DNA of 64,000 nucleotides from Mitosporidium daphniae (Eukaryota): NCBI RefSeq assembly GCF_000760515.2, contig NW_013546678.1, positions 1 to 64,000 of the forward strand, read 5' to 3'. Shown piece by piece: positions 60,347 to 64,000 of this stretch (position 1 is its first letter; each line of letters starts with the position of its first letter). The notes under the pieces were generated by a model. It saw only the letters and a program-made list of their open reading frames with translations, ran no database searches and was not told where the DNA came from. The position numbers and the translations under genes were made by a program.

Positions 60347-61519
60347 ATGAATGCAGATCAGTCGATGGCGTACCATGTCCTTATTAAGGTAGATAGCATG
60401 GCCGCTCAGCTAATAACCGTAGATCCAATGTGAAACGTATAGAGCACTGATACGATCGCATCAAAGGGATACGGAAAGGGAATTGTCCTCCATTCAAAGA
60501 ACTCTCGCCAAAAATTACGAAATCGCCGAGATGCGCGAAAAGCTATCAACCCTACTTGAGAATGTAAGATCTGGCCCGACCCTATCATATAGCTGCATAA
60601 GGAGCGAAAAATAGAGGAAAAGCTAGAAAAAACTCTGCTTTCTATTTTCGCATCAGAATTGCCCACGGACCACTCGCTTCTCATCCTCGACTTTTTATTG
60701 CGAAATGGCTGCATCGAAAGTGCTATGCAATACTTCCCCTCTCTTTCAAGAGACAGTATATCGATAATATCGTCCTTTTGGGTGGCGCTGGATGAAATCG
60801 TCCACAAGGATATGGAGGCGGACCATTCGCTAACCACTGCAATTGCTTGGATCGAAAGAGCTAAAAAGGGCTCATTCAAATTGCCAGTATGAGCATCCAA
60901 TTACTTACCATGCCAGGAAGGAATCGAGCTCTTGCTACGAATAGAAGAGTTTCGCAAGATCGAGGATAAGCTGCAAGCCCTGGAATATGCCCAGCTATAT
61001 TTCCCAGCTCTTGGCACAGATTCGCCGATGCTGTCAACTGCGATTCGCAAAGCGATGACTTTGCTAGCCTGCCCAGAAAAACCCCCAAGTGAAACCCAAA
61101 CACGTGAAAAGTGGAAGGTCCTCGGCGCTCTTTTCAAGGCAGCTGCCTGTCAGTGCTTCGGGACACTGCCATTGAGATCGATCCTACAGATATATTTAGA
61201 AGCGGGCCTGGCCATCCTAAAGACGCCTCAATGCCGGCCAGATGCTGCTGTTAAGCGCTGCCCATTATGTACAGAACCAGATCTATTCAAGTTGGCCGAT
61301 TGTCTCCCTTTGAGCAGAAACGACTCGTCACAAGTCATTTGCCGTATCTCCGGAGAAATAATCTCTGGTGGCGGCCTCTCCAATGCAATTGCCCTCCCAA
61401 ACGGGCAGGTTTTCTCCGAAAGGGCAATCGGAGTGCCAGATGCTGATGGGTTTATTACCTGTCCGCTGACGGGGGAAAAATTTAATCGAGACCGCATTCA
61501 AAAGATCTATTTTTTGTAA
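60347..61519 (+). CDS. GID9: GID/CTLH complex subunit Gid9/Fyv10/MAEA (3 introns)
   Basis: LisH-like ILDFLLRNGC, CTLH, EAGLAILKT.QC, CPLC..LADCLP and CRISGE..LPNGQVF..CPLTGE. Confidence 0.8.
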
Positions 61520-61628
61520 CGTTTACAAAGTTCATAAGCAACTCTGCTCCCTTGTAATGCACTTGGCACAAATAAAAGGCTTCTAGTAATGCGACCATAA
61601 GTCCACTAATGCGGCGGGTCTAAAAATA

Positions 61629-63273
61629 TCAGCTTCGAGAAAGTTTTTCGTCATATTTTCGGTTCAGTGCATCTAGCACTGTGCGCAAGGCACCAGTAAT
61701 CACGGGCATGTTAGAAAATTCTTCTGGAAGCAGCAGTTTCCAGCCGGTGTACCTAGTGATAAATAAACCCAACAAACCATCCAAAAATATCATCGGCAGC
61801 CGATGTTCTCAAGTCTTCCACAGTGCAAGAGCGCATCCATGCTGCTGCATATGAAGAAAGAAGGGGGAAAAGACCATTTGCAAGTACGCCTGCCATCAGA
61901 TCCAACGAAACAACATCAGAAGCCTCAATCACCGTCTCGAGTGCATCGAGCTCCTGCTCTTCCGGGTCAATCTTGAGGTTCTTCAATAGGAAGCTTGAGA
62001 GTCTTTCTGCAAGAAAATGCTCTGCACTGGCCGGAATACGACCAATCCCTCGCAATACAGTAAGGATCTCTTCAAGCTGTTTTGCAGAGTCAAAAGGAGA
62101 GGAAAGAAGACACTCACAAAGACAAATCAACGTCTTTTCACTGTTCAGGAATGGAAGCCAGGGCTGCACAACCTCATCAATAAAATCTGAGCCAACCTCC
62201 TTCAATTGTGGAATCACAACCGTTTCCATGATATTTTCTACAATCTCCCAGGGAAGCACCTCAAGCCACCAAACAATGGGGCTATGGACTTCTCGAAGGC
62301 TGGCAGACCTAATATAAATTTTAATTGCAGGCAACAGCAGTCCCAAGATAAAATATTGCGAAATAAATGGACCTGAGATGCGATCGCCAATCACATTTTC
62401 CATCTGCAAGTATACTGGCAGAAGTTTCCGTGTAAAGACGGCTGGAAAATATATATTTGTTTCCATCAACGATCCCTTCCGGTGCAATGGGATCAGCAGT
62501 GAACTGAGGATGTTGTTAGTCGCAGACAAAACTGAGGCTGCCTTGCTTTCTGCATCATTGATGGCCCTGTGTAGCTCTCCGGAAACTTTATCTTCTAGTT
62601 TGGAGGTGATGGTGGCACGGCTTTTTTCTTCCATTTGGATGTAGAAAAGCTTTACTTTTTCAATAATGTGGGATTGGAAAATTTCTTGTAACCATATATG
62701 TGGTTCGTCCAGCTTTTCAGAAAGCTTTTGTTTGATCATAGAAATTGCAGACGAAAGAGAGCGTGTTAACTCATCCAATGCCTCGTAAATTGGGACTTGT
62801 ATTTCAATCGAATCTCGTTCGGTTTTCATTAAAAACAACCATCTTTCCTCCACTTCTAGGACTTTTTTCAGGCCTGAATCTGAAGAGGAAACCACATGCT
62901 CCATACCAACCGGCGGCATCATCATTTCTCGCGCATCCCCCAAGATAGATGAGAGAGGCTCTACCTTTGTTTGAATCAGATCAACTTTCTTTTTCTGAAT
63001 TCTAGCATGCTCTTTTAGCGATTGGGGGTTCTTTTTATGCTGTAAAGAGCCGTCTAGGGAGGAGGAAGCTTTTCCCAGATCAATGGAAGCGTTAGTTTCT
63101 TCCTTATAATATCCGAGGCCTGCCTGCTTTGGTCTTAAATCTCCATGGGACAAAGGAACAGCAATGCCGTGCTTTTTTCCAACTCCTTCACCCTGGGAAA
63201 AGCCCATTTGCTTTAACAGTTTATATCCCATTCCATAGGATGAGGCCAAGTTATTGGGGGGGTCAGAAGACAT
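61629..63273 (-). CDS. G-patch spliceosome disassembly factor TFIP11/Ntr1-like
   Basis: G-patch GMGYKLLKQMGF..GEGVGK..GIAVP..AGLG; IDPEEQEL; spliced W|YTGWK. Confidence 0.8.
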
Positions 63274-63306
63274 TGACACTTGAAAGTTTTAAAATTAAAA
63301 AGATAG

Positions 63307-63425
63307 AACCTACAGCACGCAGTATTCCCATGCGGTCACCCATCATAGTACTGACTGCGCCAGCACTGGCTTGACTTCGGGGATCGGACGAGACCCGGTG
63401 TTTTCCAGTGTGTATGGCCGTAGAT
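63307..63425 (-). rRNA. 5S rRNA gene (dispersed single copy)
   Basis: ATCTACGGCCATAC..CACCGGGTCTCGTCCGATC..GAAGTCAAGC..AGTACT..GACC..GGGAATAC..TGCTGTAGGTT, with paired termini, a downstream T5 terminator and an upstream TATA-like run. Confidence 0.93.
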
Positions 63426-63661
63426 ATTGGACCGGCAAAATAATCTAATATATATTTATATTACAATTATTACAAACAGAACCAAGTAATCGAATGCGAT
63501 ACAAGATTGTCCAATTTCAATTTATTATGAAAGATCCTTTTTACGCCATAAAATTTCTAGCAATTTAATATTGATGCAAGGTGACTGATGGCTTCAATCA
63601 TTTCTTCAGCAAATAAATAAAGAGCTAGCACGTCAACAGCAGATAAATCCTGTGAATTGAT

Positions 63662-64000
63662 TTAACACATGGAACTGAGGACATCCGCCATTTCCTCTGA
63701 AAAGATAGAAAAGTCGTTGTCAGAAAGCACAAGATTGTAGTTTAAATCATTCTCATACATTGGAGATGCGGGGATAAGAACCTTTGGCATTCCTTGTCGA
63801 GGTGTGGATTCTACACTATCTTGAGGCTGGAGAGCATCTGACACAAAGGGCATCGAATCAAGCTCTTGCAGCCGATTATTACTGTGAGAGCCGCTCAAAA
63901 ACCTCTTGATCCCTCTACGAGGGAGATCTTCCTGGGATAAAGGTAAATGATTTGCATGGGTGTGTCTCTTATTTGATGACAAGGACTGCGTGAGACGACT
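63662..64000 (-). CDS. Partial unknown protein entering from the window edge
   Basis: Open frame to the window end, S/D-rich, no recognisable motif. Confidence 0.4.
   Translation of the reverse strand, partial: SRLTQSLSSNKRHTHANHLPLSQEDLPRRGIKRFLSGSHSNNRLQELDSMPFVSDALQPQDSVESTPRQGMPKVLIPASPMYENDLNYNLVLSDNDFSIFSEEMADVLSSMC

Overview
Eukaryotic, not prokaryotic. This is an extremely compact genome region with about 36 protein genes. Most intergenic gaps are 17-150 nt and there are dozens of 24-33 nt GT-AG micro-introns. Gene content is fungal-lineage but keeps mitochondrial proteins and genes lost in Dikarya (Rb-like pocket protein, SOSS-B), which suggests an early-branching microsporidian/Rozellomycota such as a Mitosporidium-like organism (inference). 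Housekeeping genes include INCENP, TRR1, RPL38, CFT1, RRP45, PET8, RPC37, SMC2, PFS2, NOT2, USO1, CLF1, RAD3, RPL1, RPL25, NOP2, CAB2, RPB4, RPA135, RRP42, RPB6, NAD kinase, NAB2, GID9 and TFIP11, plus a dispersed 5S rRNA gene. The most notable observations are: (1) a membrane-anchored MACPF/perforin-like protein with a PPxY motif, near a secreted subtilisin; (2) several unannotated structured RNAs in the few larger gaps, including an snR37-like H/ACA guide, an intronic snR40/U32-like C/D guide, two unassigned multi-hairpin elements and a telomerase-RNA-like candidate; (3) an apparent non-canonical GT-AT micro-intron; (4) overlapping convergent CDSs; (5) telobox motifs in promoters. Exon boundaries were inferred by eye and no searches were run.
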